This document shows, piece by piece, positions 29,397 to 39,161 of a DNA stretch of 64,000 nt. Both the position numbers and the translations under genes were made by a program. Each line of letters begins with the position of its first letter. Position 1 is the stretch's first letter. Under the pieces are notes generated by a model. The model had not been told where the DNA came from, searched no databases, and saw only the letters and a list, made by a program, of their open reading frames with translations. Origin of the DNA: a virus; the IMG/VR virus record IMGVR_UViG_3300034415_000120; one strand, written 5' to 3'.

Positions 29397-29615
29397 CATA
29401 AAATATTTCTTTCATGTGATATGTTAAATCACTAATATTTATGCGGTTTCAGCGTCCCAAAACCACATGATTCTATGTATTCTAGCTGTATCATCTCTTT
29501 CAAAAGTCAGTAAAATCAATGATTTTTAAGACTACGATGAAAGAAATAATTGATAGAAGAAAGGAATACATAGTCTCATGAGATAAGCTGCGCAACACTA
29601 TTATGGTGCGAGACT

Positions 29616-30260
29616 GTGAAAGTATTAGGATTATTTGCAGGTACAAGATCTATTGAAAAAGCATTTGAATCCAGAGGACATGAAGTTTTTAGTGTAGAAT
29701 GGAATAAAGATTTTAAAAACATTGATTTATATGATGATGTTAATAATATTACAGCGAAAGATATATTAGAGAAATTTGGGCATCCAGATGTAATCTGGGC
29801 GAGTCCTGATTGTACAACATTTTCTATTGCGGCTATTAGTCATCATAGAAGAAAGAATCCAGAAACAGGTAATCTTGATCCTGTAAGTGATTATGCGAAA
29901 TTCTGTGATAAAACTGATCAACACGTTCTATCCTTAATCAAGGAATTAAACCCAACTTTTTATTTTATTGAAAACCCTAGAGGTGGTATGAGAAAGATGA
30001 CATGGATGCAAGGTTTACCACGTTATACGGTGACTTATTGCAAATACGGAGATGACAGGATGAAACCTACTGATATTTGGACAAATCATCCTAATCCTAA
30101 ATTCTTACCTATGTGTAAAAATGGTGATCCATGTCATGTTTCTGCTCCAAGAGGTAGTAGAACTGGAACACAAGGACTAAAAGGTAGTGTTGAGAGAAGT
30201 AAAATACCACAGAAATTGTGTGAGCATATTGTAGATATTTGTGAAGAATATATTAAGTAA
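29616..30260 (+). CDS. small DNA (cytosine-5)-methyltransferase-like protein (214 aa)
   Basis: Motif I VLGLFAGTRS; PC motif SPDCTTFSIA; ENV-like YFIENPRGGM. Short for a canonical C5-MTase. GTG start. Confidence 0.55.
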   Translation: MKVLGLFAGTRSIEKAFESRGHEVFSVEWNKDFKNIDLYDDVNNITAKDILEKFGHPDVIWASPDCTTFSIAAISHHRRKNPETGNLDPVSDYAKFCDKTDQHVLSLIKELNPTFYFIENPRGGMRKMTWMQGLPRYTVTYCKYGDDRMKPTDIWTNHPNPKFLPMCKNGDPCHVSAPRGSRTGTQGLKGSVERSKIPQKLCEHIVDICEEYIK

Positions 30261-30305
30261 TTAAATGAAATTATTTTTTCAATGTGTGGAAGGAGGTGAG
30301 AAACA

Positions 30306-30662
30306 GTGCATCCAAGCAAATTTTTTAATGAATGTAATTTAAGGACAGGAATTGATACGTTTGAAATATACGATAAAGAACTAAAAGATAAACTATCTTC
30401 GGTTCATCCATTGAATTTTCTTAAAACAAAAGTTACATTGCCTGTATATCAAATTGATCTAAGCTACATGACAGACAAAGGTAATTATAAAAATGTCACA
30501 AGATATGCAGTAATGGATTCAGAAGCAGATGATGAATACATGGATTTCTGGGCTGATATGTTTACAAGAGATTACAATAACAATCACCCTGAACATCAAA
30601 TGATTGATTGTAAAATCAATAGCATAGAGAAAATTTGTGAAGCTGTGCTGCCGATTGGCTAG
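30306..30662 (+). CDS. hypothetical protein
   Basis: ORF (GTG start). Confidence 0.4.
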   Translation: MHPSKFFNECNLRTGIDTFEIYDKELKDKLSSVHPLNFLKTKVTLPVYQIDLSYMTDKGNYKNVTRYAVMDSEADDEYMDFWADMFTRDYNNNHPEHQMIDCKINSIEKICEAVLPIG

Positions 30663-30799
30663 AATACGGCAATGTGTATTTAATACCTTTATTAGATAAA
30701 GGTTGTCACAATGATTTATATGTCGGATCGTTGGTCTATATAAATCGAAAAAAGTAATGTGATAGTGACGTAAAAAGACACTCACTAAGTATGGCTTTA

Positions 30800-30832
30800 C
30801 CTCATACGAAACGAAATAAATTTCGTGTGAGG
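30800..30832 (+). promoter_or_regulatory. Stable hairpin (12-bp stem CCTCATACGAAA / TTTCGTGTGAGG, 9-nt loop) 10 nt upstream of the next start codon
   Basis: Inverted repeat read directly from the sequence, with one G-U pair. No T-run follows, so more likely regulatory or processing than a terminator. Confidence 0.4.
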
Positions 30833-30842
30833 AAAGTACATA

Positions 30843-31859
30843 TTGCTGAGTAAAGCCAATAGTATAGAAGAATTATTAGAAAGTTGCCCTAAGAATCAAA
30901 CAATTGGAGATAACCTGGTTAGGGCATGGTCAAAGATTAATAGTAGTAAGTATAAAAATATTCTATGTAGCATCTCAGGTGGTTCTGATAGTGATGTAAT
31001 GTTAGACATTGTGTGGAGATGCGATAAAGACAATAAAGTTACATATGTGTGGTTTGATACAGGTCTTGAATATCAAGCTACAAAAGATCATTTGAAATAT
31101 CTTGAAGAGAAATATAACATAGAGATTCATCCATATAAAGCAATTAAACCAATTCCTTCGTCCTGTAAAAAATATGGACAACCATTCATTTCTAAGCAAG
31201 TCAGCGAATTTATCCAACGATTACAAGCACATAATTTCAAGTGGGAAGATGAAGATTTTGATACCTTGATGAAAAAATATCCAAAATGTAAATCTGCACT
31301 AGCATGGTGGTGTAATGCAAAAGGCAATGGAAGTAGTTTTAATATTTCTCGTAATAAATATCTGAAAGAATTTATGGTTGCAAATCCACCCACGTTTAAA
31401 ATATCAAATAAGTGTTGTAAATATGCTAAGAAAGATGTTATGCATAAATGTATTTCAGAGTCCAATTATGATCTTGACATATATGGTGTAAGAAAAGCAG
31501 AAGGTGGTTCAAGAGCAACTGCGTATAAATCATGCTTTGATGAAACAGATGCAGGATGTGATAATTATAGACCTTTATTCTGGTATAAAGATTCCGACAA
31601 GATTGATTATGAAGGAGCTTATTTTGTTGAGCATAGTAATTGTTACACTGAATATGGATTAAAACGTACTGGATGCGCTGGTTGTCCATTTGGTAGAGAT
31701 TTTGAATATGAATTAGAAGTTATTCGGAAATATGAATCGAAATTATTTAAAGCGGTGAATAATATATTTGGAGAATCTTATGAGTATACAAGAAGATATA
31801 GAGAATTTTGTAAACAGATGAAGGAGAAAGAAAAGGATAACAATGAAATGTGTAAGTAA
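30843..31859 (+). CDS. PAPS reductase-family PP-loop protein (phage 'phosphoadenosine phosphosulfate reductase'-like)
   Basis: PP-loop SISGGSDSD; GVRKAEGGSRA motif; C-terminal Cys cluster CAGCPFG. TTG start. Confidence 0.65.
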   Translation: MLSKANSIEELLESCPKNQTIGDNLVRAWSKINSSKYKNILCSISGGSDSDVMLDIVWRCDKDNKVTYVWFDTGLEYQATKDHLKYLEEKYNIEIHPYKAIKPIPSSCKKYGQPFISKQVSEFIQRLQAHNFKWEDEDFDTLMKKYPKCKSALAWWCNAKGNGSSFNISRNKYLKEFMVANPPTFKISNKCCKYAKKDVMHKCISESNYDLDIYGVRKAEGGSRATAYKSCFDETDAGCDNYRPLFWYKDSDKIDYEGAYFVEHSNCYTEYGLKRTGCAGCPFGRDFEYELEVIRKYESKLFKAVNNIFGESYEYTRRYREFCKQMKEKEKDNNEMCK

Positions 31860-32112
31860 GAAACAATATGAATGCATAAAATTAACAAAGGAAAATTTAA
31901 AAGAATTTTTAAGAATAGTTGAACCTTATCTTGATAGTAAATATGTCTTTATCCAAGATGATAATGATAAATATTGTCTTGTTAAACGTTTTAAAGTGGA
32001 GAAATATTATTTTTACAATAAGTGGTATGTTTTCGATTGGGACGAAGCAACGTTGGAAAGTTATACAGATGAAGAATTTAAAGAAGAGTTTGAATTAGTA
32101 GAAGAGAGGTGA
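31843..32112 (+). CDS. hypothetical protein
   Basis: ORF. Confidence 0.4.
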   Translation: MKCVSKKQYECIKLTKENLKEFLRIVEPYLDSKYVFIQDDNDKYCLVKRFKVEKYYFYNKWYVFDWDEATLESYTDEEFKEEFELVEER

Positions 32113-32353
32113 TCCACGATAGAAATTAAATTCAAAAATGGAAGTAAATTAGAGAATATAGAATCAAAAGATAATAAACGTAGTAATTCTATGAGAATTA
32201 AATTTGGAGAATGGGAAACTACAACACCAGAAAATCCAGAAGAATTTGGGCGTAGACTTGTTGAAATTGTTGAAACATATAGAGAAACTTATGGTGTAGA
32301 TGATCCACAATATTCCATTGGATTTTGTGAATATGATATAGAGGTGAATAATT

Positions 32354-32593
32354 ATGATAAGTGCAACTACGGCATACGATAGAACAATGGATAATATCAG
32401 AAGCAATTTAACAGAAGAAATGGAGCGCATATCGAAAGAAATTTCTGATGCTATAGAAGATGGTAAGTTTCGTATTAAAATTGATAAATTAAGTGGTATT
32501 ACTCGAATGCAACTTGAGAAATTAGGATATAAAATAGATTCAGATTCAGAATTTTTTGGAACATATGATGTTATTAGTTGGGATAAAATCTGA
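32354..32593 (+). CDS. hypothetical protein
   Basis: ORF. Confidence 0.4.
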   Translation: MISATTAYDRTMDNIRSNLTEEMERISKEISDAIEDGKFRIKIDKLSGITRMQLEKLGYKIDSDSEFFGTYDVISWDKI

Positions 32594-32626
32594 AATTTTC
32601 ATTTCATGGAAAGGAGAAACAATATT

Positions 32627-32911
32627 ATGGGTTGTCAAGAAATTTCTTATGAACAAATGTGTAGAGAAATGGACAGGATTATGTCTGATAAACCTAACAC
32701 CAATTTTGATATTCCGTTTGATGAGGTGTTAAATCGAATTAAAACATATGAACATAATCCTAAATTTTATTACAATAGTGGCATAGCTGCTCGAAATGTT
32801 TTTTGTGATATTGCTGAAAACGAAGGAAATGATGCCCTCAATGCAGCATGTGGTGGGTTATATATGTTTGAAGAATTGATTTTGTTACACAAAGAGGATG
32901 AAGATATATGA
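32627..32911 (+). CDS. hypothetical protein
   Basis: Second ATG (32627) follows RBS GGAAAGGAGAAACAATATT; the ORF-track start at 32606 overlaps the palindromic motif. Confidence 0.4.
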   Translation: MGCQEISYEQMCREMDRIMSDKPNTNFDIPFDEVLNRIKTYEHNPKFYYNSGIAARNVFCDIAENEGNDALNAACGGLYMFEELILLHKEDEDI

Positions 32912-33495
32912 ATTCGACAGAACAAAATAATATATCTTTCCTACTAAATCAATATAAAGATATAGTAAAAAATGATGATGGTTCATTTAGATTGGCTCAT
33001 CGTTGTATTCCTGGTGATAATGATAGTTATGTTAAATTTGTAGACACAGGTGTACATAGCCATAATGAAATTGAACATAATTGCTACTGTTATAAATGTA
33101 AACATTGCGAATTAAATTATCCATTTGATTACTGTATTCTAAGAACAACTCTTGAAAACTCATCTATTAAAATTCCCATACACTATATTGCAAATTGTGA
33201 TGCATATGATCCAATTGAATGTTTTAATGCTATTCATAATATTTGTGATATGGTGAAGTTTATAGAAATGGTAAAAAATCGTTTTAAGTGTCCAGAAGAT
33301 TGCGAAAAATATTTTGGATTTACTCTAAATGTAAACGACAGCACAGGAAAAGTTTTAGAAACAGTAAAAGAATATTATGAACGTGGTGGAGAATTTAGTA
33401 ATATACCAGATAAATACCCATGTGTAATTTATTTTCCAATTGATAATATAGATATTCGCAAGAAATTAGAATGGATTTATATAGGAGAAAAATAG
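32908..33495 (+). CDS. Cys/His-rich hypothetical protein
   Basis: HNCYCYKCKHCELNYPFDYC. Confidence 0.45.
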   Translation: MNSTEQNNISFLLNQYKDIVKNDDGSFRLAHRCIPGDNDSYVKFVDTGVHSHNEIEHNCYCYKCKHCELNYPFDYCILRTTLENSSIKIPIHYIANCDAYDPIECFNAIHNICDMVKFIEMVKNRFKCPEDCEKYFGFTLNVNDSTGKVLETVKEYYERGGEFSNIPDKYPCVIYFPIDNIDIRKKLEWIYIGEK

Positions 33496-33498
33496 AAT

Positions 33499-34008
33499 AT
33501 GAAAGTAATTCAAAATAATTATAAAAATCAACCAAGAAATCCACATCAGTTATCAGAAGCAAGTAGACCTAAACCAAGAATAGAAAAAGTAACAGTAGAA
33601 TGTGAAAATTGCGGATCTGTTCTTGAAGTATCAAGAGAAGATACTCATACAGGATACTTAGGATTGCCACATGTAACATGTCCATGCTGTAATTATGAAA
33701 TGGATGTTGAAGAATTTGAAGATGATGCAATTAATATTTGTGCATCAAATCTGAAATATCCAACTCATTTCACTGTATCAAGTAAAGATTTTAGAGCTAT
33801 TGAAATTTCAGATAAAGAAATTAATAAATGGATTCAACAAGGAATTGAATATTTTAGAGGAAACCCAGAAGCATATTCTTATTTTATGGGTTCTGGTAAC
33901 AGTATGATACATATGTATAAATTCGATGAGGATAAAGAATATTATGTCGTAGTGTCAAAAGATTATGAATCAGGTGAAATTGAGTTTGAGAAAGAAGATT
34001 GTGTATGA
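33499..34008 (+). CDS. Zn-ribbon hypothetical protein
   Basis: CENCGS...CPCCNYE. Confidence 0.45.
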   Translation: MKVIQNNYKNQPRNPHQLSEASRPKPRIEKVTVECENCGSVLEVSREDTHTGYLGLPHVTCPCCNYEMDVEEFEDDAINICASNLKYPTHFTVSSKDFRAIEISDKEINKWIQQGIEYFRGNPEAYSYFMGSGNSMIHMYKFDEDKEYYVVVSKDYESGEIEFEKEDCV

Positions 34009-34229
34009 GTAAAAAAATTAAAATCAAAGGTAAATGTCCTAGATGCGGTTCTAAATTAGAGATGGGTTTATTATGTTATGAATTTTCATATATGGATGAA
34101 CCAGAAGTAACAGAACTTTTACCAATATGTACAAACGATAATTGTGATGAGTCATGTGGATATGGTAGTGAAATCAAATATAGATGGATTAATCATAGGA
34201 CAATCAAAATTGATGGATTATGGGACTAA
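33999..34229 (+). CDS. Zn-ribbon hypothetical protein
   Basis: CPRCGS...CTNDNCDESCG. Confidence 0.4.
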   Translation: MCMSKKIKIKGKCPRCGSKLEMGLLCYEFSYMDEPEVTELLPICTNDNCDESCGYGSEIKYRWINHRTIKIDGLWD

Positions 34230-34265
34230 TTAAAACTCTGATTTCATGGAGAAAGTGAGAACATT

Positions 34266-34568
34266 ATGAGTATAAACGAAGATTTTCAAATTCTTGCGAA
34301 AAAGTTGGACAATTGTGAACTACTTACAAATTACAATCTGAATGTATTAAATGAAGATATGATGTTGTTACAAAATGCTTTTATTGGAGCGTTAGTTACA
34401 AGAGATATTTCTGAAATGGAACGCTTATTGAATAATATAAAAGAACTTGCATACAGAATGAAGAATACATTAAAGAGAACAGAATCAATAGAATCACCAG
34501 ATGTATTGGCTTCAAAATTTGTAGCGACTTATGATATTTTTGAGAAGATTTTGACAATGAATAAGTGA
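34266..34568 (+). CDS. hypothetical protein
   Basis: ORF. Confidence 0.4.
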   Translation: MSINEDFQILAKKLDNCELLTNYNLNVLNEDMMLLQNAFIGALVTRDISEMERLLNNIKELAYRMKNTLKRTESIESPDVLASKFVATYDIFEKILTMNK

Positions 34569-34599
34569 TGTACATGTTAGAAAGGTGGTGGTAAATATA

Positions 34600-34764
34600 T
34601 GTGGGTTATCTTTTTACTAAGTGCTGTTGGTTTTGCAATTGGCGCACTTGTATTATTTTCAATTGGTTGGTTAATGCTCCATAAGATTGAAATGCACATT
34701 AATCGTCAAGATGATGATTATGAAAACGAAAAAGAGAATAAAAAGAAAGAGGACAAAGAATGAA
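34600..34764 (+). CDS. small single-TM protein (54 aa, below the ORF cutoff) with an acidic/lysine C-tail
   Basis: MWVIFLLSAVGFAIGALVLFSIGWLML...; overlaps the start of the SPFH gene (operon partner). Confidence 0.4.
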
Positions 34765-35707
34765 GAAAAAATCAGCAACAAGTAAAGTAGTGGCAGGATT
34801 AGTAATTGCATGTGCAGTAATTGGAGGGATTTTTACAATTTCTCACATTAAGATTATTGGTACTGGTAAGGTGGGTATAACCTATACGTATTCATCTGGG
34901 GTAAAAGATGAGTTATTAAAGCCAGGTGCGCATTTTATTCCACCAATGGAATATATGAAAGAATTTTCAACAAGTAATGAGATTCTTGTGTTATCAAAAG
35001 ATAGCAGAGATGGAAGTAAAGATGATGATTCTTTTAAGGTTGCAACATCAGATGATGCTAGTATTGCAATTAGTTTCCAAATGACATACCGATACATTGA
35101 AGATCAAGTAATTGATACATATAAAAAATTCAAAGGCATGGATGGAACAGATATTGTTGAAAATCGTGTTAAGACAGTTTTAAAATCTAAAATTTCTGAG
35201 GTCACAACTGATTATTCTATGATGGATATTTATTCTGGTAATCGTGCGCAACTTAACGAAGCGATTACAGAATATCTAAATAAAGACTTTTCTCAAAAAT
35301 ACGGCATTGAAGTTCTCGATGCATCTATTATTGACGTTCACCCAGATAAGAAATTAAAAAAGGCAATTGATAATCGTGTTACCGCACTACAGGAAAAGCA
35401 ACAAGCTCAAGCTGAACAGGAAAAAGTAAAAGTACAAAAACAGACTGAGCAGTTACAAGCCGAAGCAGATGCAAATATTGAGATTACAAAAGCGCAAGCT
35501 GATGCAGAGAAAACAAAAATTAAAGCGGAAGCCAATGCTGAAAAGACTAGAATTGCAGCGGAAGCACAAGCAAAGGCGAATAAAGAATTGAGTTCTTCCA
35601 TTACTGATGAGCTTATCAGAATGAAAGAAGCCGAAGCGCATTATAAGAATGGTTGGGTTACTGTACAAGGTGCAGGCACAACTGTAGTGGACGCAACAGA
35701 GAAATAA
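34760..35707 (+). CDS. SPFH/band-7 (stomatin/prohibitin/HflC-like) membrane protein
   Basis: N-terminal TM. SPFH core (IPPMEY...). C-terminal alanine/glutamate coiled coil (AEQEKVKVQKQTEQLQAEADANIEITKAQADAEKTKIKAEANAEKTRIAAEAQAKANKEL) typical of HflK/C-like proteins. Confidence 0.7.
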   Translation: MKKKSATSKVVAGLVIACAVIGGIFTISHIKIIGTGKVGITYTYSSGVKDELLKPGAHFIPPMEYMKEFSTSNEILVLSKDSRDGSKDDDSFKVATSDDASIAISFQMTYRYIEDQVIDTYKKFKGMDGTDIVENRVKTVLKSKISEVTTDYSMMDIYSGNRAQLNEAITEYLNKDFSQKYGIEVLDASIIDVHPDKKLKKAIDNRVTALQEKQQAQAEQEKVKVQKQTEQLQAEADANIEITKAQADAEKTKIKAEANAEKTRIAAEAQAKANKELSSSITDELIRMKEAEAHYKNGWVTVQGAGTTVVDATEK

Positions 35708-35708
35708 T

Positions 35709-35780
35709 AGTGTAGATATGGTGTGATTCTATATGGAGAAATATAGAATGGCAAGGTTCAATTCCTTGCCTACACATTCA
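35709..35780 (+). other. Nested hairpin cluster after the SPFH gene: 9-bp stem ATTCTATAT/ATATAGAAT, then hairpin GGCAAGG-TTCAATT-CCTTGCC (T-arm-like GGTTCAATTCC), flanked by GTGTAGA...TCTACAC
   Basis: Inverted repeats read directly. The outer pairing plus the TTCAATT loop gives a tRNA-like acceptor/T-arm but no D-arm. Confidence 0.35.
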
Positions 35781-35910
35781 AAATAAATAGGAAAGGGGAA
35801 ATAAGTATGGCAAATATAGAAGTAAGAATCCATTTTGGCAATCTCGAATTTCGAAATTGGAATAAACATAAGAAATGGCATGGTATAGAAACTAATATGT
35901 GAGGTAGATT

Positions 35911-36096
35911 ATGAGAAATATAGATAGATTAAGATCAATGTCACTTGAAGAAATTGCACCATATTTTGTTCATAGAACTATGATTAATGAGTTAGAAGTT
36001 TGGTATAGTCCTAGTGGGTATACGTTCAGTAATAAAGATGCTGCGATTAGCAATTGCATTCATTGGTTAGATAAAGAATATCATAAGGAGAAATGA
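35911..36096 (+). CDS. hypothetical protein
   Basis: ORF. Confidence 0.4.
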   Translation: MRNIDRLRSMSLEEIAPYFVHRTMINELEVWYSPSGYTFSNKDAAISNCIHWLDKEYHKEK

Positions 36097-36121
36097 AATC
36101 TAGTTTTCATAGGAGAAGTAT

Positions 36122-36475
36122 ATGATAGAAAAATACCAATACAATACAAAATATAAAAATGAGCATTTTGATGAGTACAGAAAAGAATGCATAAAGTCAT
36201 ATGGTTCGCCATGTATGCTTGATTTATCGAAAGAATGTGACGTAAAAATGTTTCATAATCTTGTAGGTATTGATGAATCAAGAATACCAGATGCATATAA
36301 TATGAAAGTATTTATGGTGATTCCTTGTAAATGGCACAAGAAAAAGCGAATAAATAAGAAATTGCTTAAAAAACATGGACATCCTAATTATGTTCAACAA
36401 AGAAGTATTAGAAAAGGTATATGTTTTACAACATATCCAGATGGAACATTTGAATTTATTAAAAAGGATATTTGA
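36122..36475 (+). CDS. hypothetical protein
   Basis: ORF. Confidence 0.45.
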   Translation: MIEKYQYNTKYKNEHFDEYRKECIKSYGSPCMLDLSKECDVKMFHNLVGIDESRIPDAYNMKVFMVIPCKWHKKKRINKKLLKKHGHPNYVQQRSIRKGICFTTYPDGTFEFIKKDI

Positions 36476-36663
36476 TTATGAAAGATATTAAAATTGCAAG
36501 ATTTGTAGAATTAATCATTAAAGGCAAAACAGCAATAGAAGCTGCGAGAGAATCCGGTATATCACATTTACTAATGGATGAAGTATTGACAGAATTATCA
36601 AAAGAAGATTATGAATCTGATTGGGATAAATTAGCAAAAGCGATTATGGGAGAATGCGTATGA
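36472..36663 (+). CDS. small HTH-like protein (IIKGKTAIEAARESGIS)
   Basis: Helix-turn-helix-like pattern; speculative. Confidence 0.35.
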   Translation: MIMKDIKIARFVELIIKGKTAIEAARESGISHLLMDEVLTELSKEDYESDWDKLAKAIMGECV

Positions 36664-37022
36664 TTAAAAATGAAAAAGATAGTGTTTATCTAATTACTCA
36701 TTCCTATGGAGAAGTAATAGATGGAATCACATACGATGAAGAGTCTGCAAAATATTTTGTTGATAAGATGAATGAGAAATATAAATTATCTATGAAGTGT
36801 TTTGAGTGTCGTAAAGATTGGTTTGAAACTGGTGAAGAAACTTGCGATAATGCAGAAATTCATTTCAATAGTAGTGGTCATGGTAGTAGATGCACAGTAT
36901 TTTGTGTAAATGACGTAAATGATAAGTTAAATAAGAACTACATCGAATCGCCGCATGAATATCATTACCAGAAGATTGATGTACTTGATGTGAAGAAAAT
37001 GTTAGGAGAAGAGAAGTTATGA
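36654..37022 (+). CDS. hypothetical protein
   Basis: ORF. Confidence 0.4.
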   Translation: MRMIKNEKDSVYLITHSYGEVIDGITYDEESAKYFVDKMNEKYKLSMKCFECRKDWFETGEETCDNAEIHFNSSGHGSRCTVFCVNDVNDKLNKNYIESPHEYHYQKIDVLDVKKMLGEEKL

Positions 37023-37282
37023 TTAGTGCAAAAGAAGCAAGAGAATTAATTAAAAGAAATACAGAATATAATAATAAATTAAAAAATTATATTGATAAAA
37101 TAGACAAGGAAATACGAAAACATGCTTCATATTCAGAAGATAATGCAATTCAATGGACAATTTCAAAACCAGAACCATTTAGAACATTATCAAAAGATTT
37201 AGAAGATGTTTTAAGAAGAAATGGTTATGATTTTGCTGTAAAATATGAAAAAGACCATAGTATAATTCAAATTTCTTGGTAA
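37019..37282 (+). CDS. hypothetical protein
   Basis: ORF. Confidence 0.4.
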   Translation: MISAKEARELIKRNTEYNNKLKNYIDKIDKEIRKHASYSEDNAIQWTISKPEPFRTLSKDLEDVLRRNGYDFAVKYEKDHSIIQISW

Positions 37283-37297
37283 ACGGAGAATACATAA

Positions 37298-37543
37298 ATG
37301 AACATTAAAATAACTGGAAAAATTGAAAAGCCTGTTGAAATCAATCCATTAGATGTAATCAGAGAGTTGAAGTTGCAATTACTTGGTAGAAATGATTATT
37401 TCATTGGTGAAGATGAACAAGTCTATTATCAAGAACAATGTAGTTTATATGGTGATTATGAAAATGTTCTAGCCCCTCAATATATTCAAGAAAATATTGA
37501 AGTTATAAAAGCGTTAAATGTTCTTGCAAATAAATTATCATAA
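37298..37543 (+). CDS. hypothetical protein
   Basis: ORF. Confidence 0.4.
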   Translation: MNIKITGKIEKPVEINPLDVIRELKLQLLGRNDYFIGEDEQVYYQEQCSLYGDYENVLAPQYIQENIEVIKALNVLANKLS

Positions 37544-37557
37544 AGGAGAAATTATTA

Positions 37558-37887
37558 GTGGCGAAGAAAAATTATATGAAAGAACTTCTTGATCAATACG
37601 GTAGACTCAATACAAATTATCGAAATAGTTTTCACCAAGGGGACATTGTTAAGCATTTTAAAAGAGAAACAATAAATATAGCAAATTCGCCAAATGAATA
37701 TCTTTATAAAATTTTATGTATCGCAAAGTATACAGAAAAAGATGAATATATGGTTGTGTATCAAGCGTTATATGGACAGTTTGAAATTTATGCAAGACCT
37801 TATAAGATGTTCATGAGCGAAGTAGATCATAAGAAATATCCTGAGATTAAACAGAAATATAGATTTGTGTTATGGGATGGAGAATAA
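37558..37887 (+). CDS. hypothetical protein
   Basis: ORF (GTG start). Confidence 0.4.
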   Translation: MAKKNYMKELLDQYGRLNTNYRNSFHQGDIVKHFKRETINIANSPNEYLYKILCIAKYTEKDEYMVVYQALYGQFEIYARPYKMFMSEVDHKKYPEIKQKYRFVLWDGE

Positions 37888-38085
37888 ATAAATGGCATGT
37901 GAAAAATATACAAATTGTGAATATTGCGGAAAAGATTATCACTGTCCATATGATCACATGGGAGATGGAAGTCCCTGGTGTAGAGAATTTCAATGCATAG
38001 TGGACAATTGTAAAAGATATGAATGTATCTCATATGATGAAGAATTATATGAGATGAGAGGCTATTGAAAGGAGAATAAATACAT

Positions 38086-38724
38086 ATGAAGTATAGTGAT
38101 AATATTACAATCCAAAAATTTATAGAACAGTTGGTTGATGCATTGAAATACGAGAATACATATAGAGAACTAAATGGTAAAAAGTTAAATATTCCATTTT
38201 TAGTATCTGCGCTATGGCAGGATTTAATGGACAACTATGAATGTTATGATGAATTTTGTTCTGATTTAAGAGATTGTGATAATTATGATATTGTAATTGG
38301 AGATGATAATTATTACATTTGTAAGGTAAATATTTTTCTTTACAACGAAATTGAAAACGATGATTGGAAATGTTTAAGAGAATCAGATTCCAGATACGAA
38401 TTTACATTTAATTATGATGAACACAATTGGGGATATTGTGAATGTAAACCTGGTGATCCAGATTATAGAGAAGATAAACATTGTTGTGGTCATGGATGTG
38501 ATTGGGATGCACCAAGTATTGAAGTAAGAAAAAGTTTTCTTGTATCAAACCACTCATGGAATGGAGATGAACATGATTATTGGGACTTTGAAGATAAGTT
38601 TTATGCGAATGATAAAGAAGAAAATGAAAAAAAGTTATTAGCAGAAAGAGAATATAAGATTAAGAATCTTAAAGAAACTATCGAAAATGCTCAAAAAGAG
38701 TTAAAAAAGTTAGAGAATTTATAA
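38086..38724 (+). CDS. Cys/His/Trp-rich protein with C-terminal coiled coil
   Basis: CECKPGDPDYREDKHCCGHGCDWD; the C-terminus is a charged helix. Confidence 0.45.
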   Translation: MKYSDNITIQKFIEQLVDALKYENTYRELNGKKLNIPFLVSALWQDLMDNYECYDEFCSDLRDCDNYDIVIGDDNYYICKVNIFLYNEIENDDWKCLRESDSRYEFTFNYDEHNWGYCECKPGDPDYREDKHCCGHGCDWDAPSIEVRKSFLVSNHSWNGDEHDYWDFEDKFYANDKEENEKKLLAEREYKIKNLKETIENAQKELKKLENL

Positions 38725-39161
38725 ATGAAACTTTCGTTTCATGTGCTTCTCAAACCCAGTGTTTATAAGGGTTTTGGGACACGAAATTTAAAAAATGCTT
38801 GAAAATCAAGTAAAATCAACAAATTACAGATTTTTTAAAAATCAATCGCTGAAAAGCCTTGATACATAAGGGTTTCTGAGTTTAAAAAACGAAAAAATGT
38901 AAATGTGTTAAATAGTTGAAATCCAAATTTCATCGGAGAAATAAATCTCATAGATTCAATCGAATCGAATTTTCCAAATAAATTAAAACTGAATAGAGAA
39001 ATAAAAAATGGGTGGTTAGCAGCATACCCTTGGGATTTTGTACCCATAAACCACTGTTGACATAGAATTTATCTTATAGATTTAATTCCATGTTCCGTCC
39101 GATAGGGCGTTTATCATAAACAAATTAAAAATTAATAAACAATTATTAAGGAGAAAAACAC
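38725..39161. promoter_or_regulatory. Largest intergenic region (~435 bp, AT-rich) upstream of the replication module. Contains TTGACA (39056), AAAATCAA repeats (38789-38840) and inverted AAAATC/GATTTT elements. Candidate early promoter/operator or origin.
   Basis: Repeats read directly; no function has been shown. Confidence 0.35.

Noticed and set aside
29572-29615. Inverted repeat AGTCTC...GAGACT immediately upstream of the 29616 GTG start
   Set aside because: Only a 6-bp stem with a 32-nt loop; too weak to call a regulatory hairpin with confidence.
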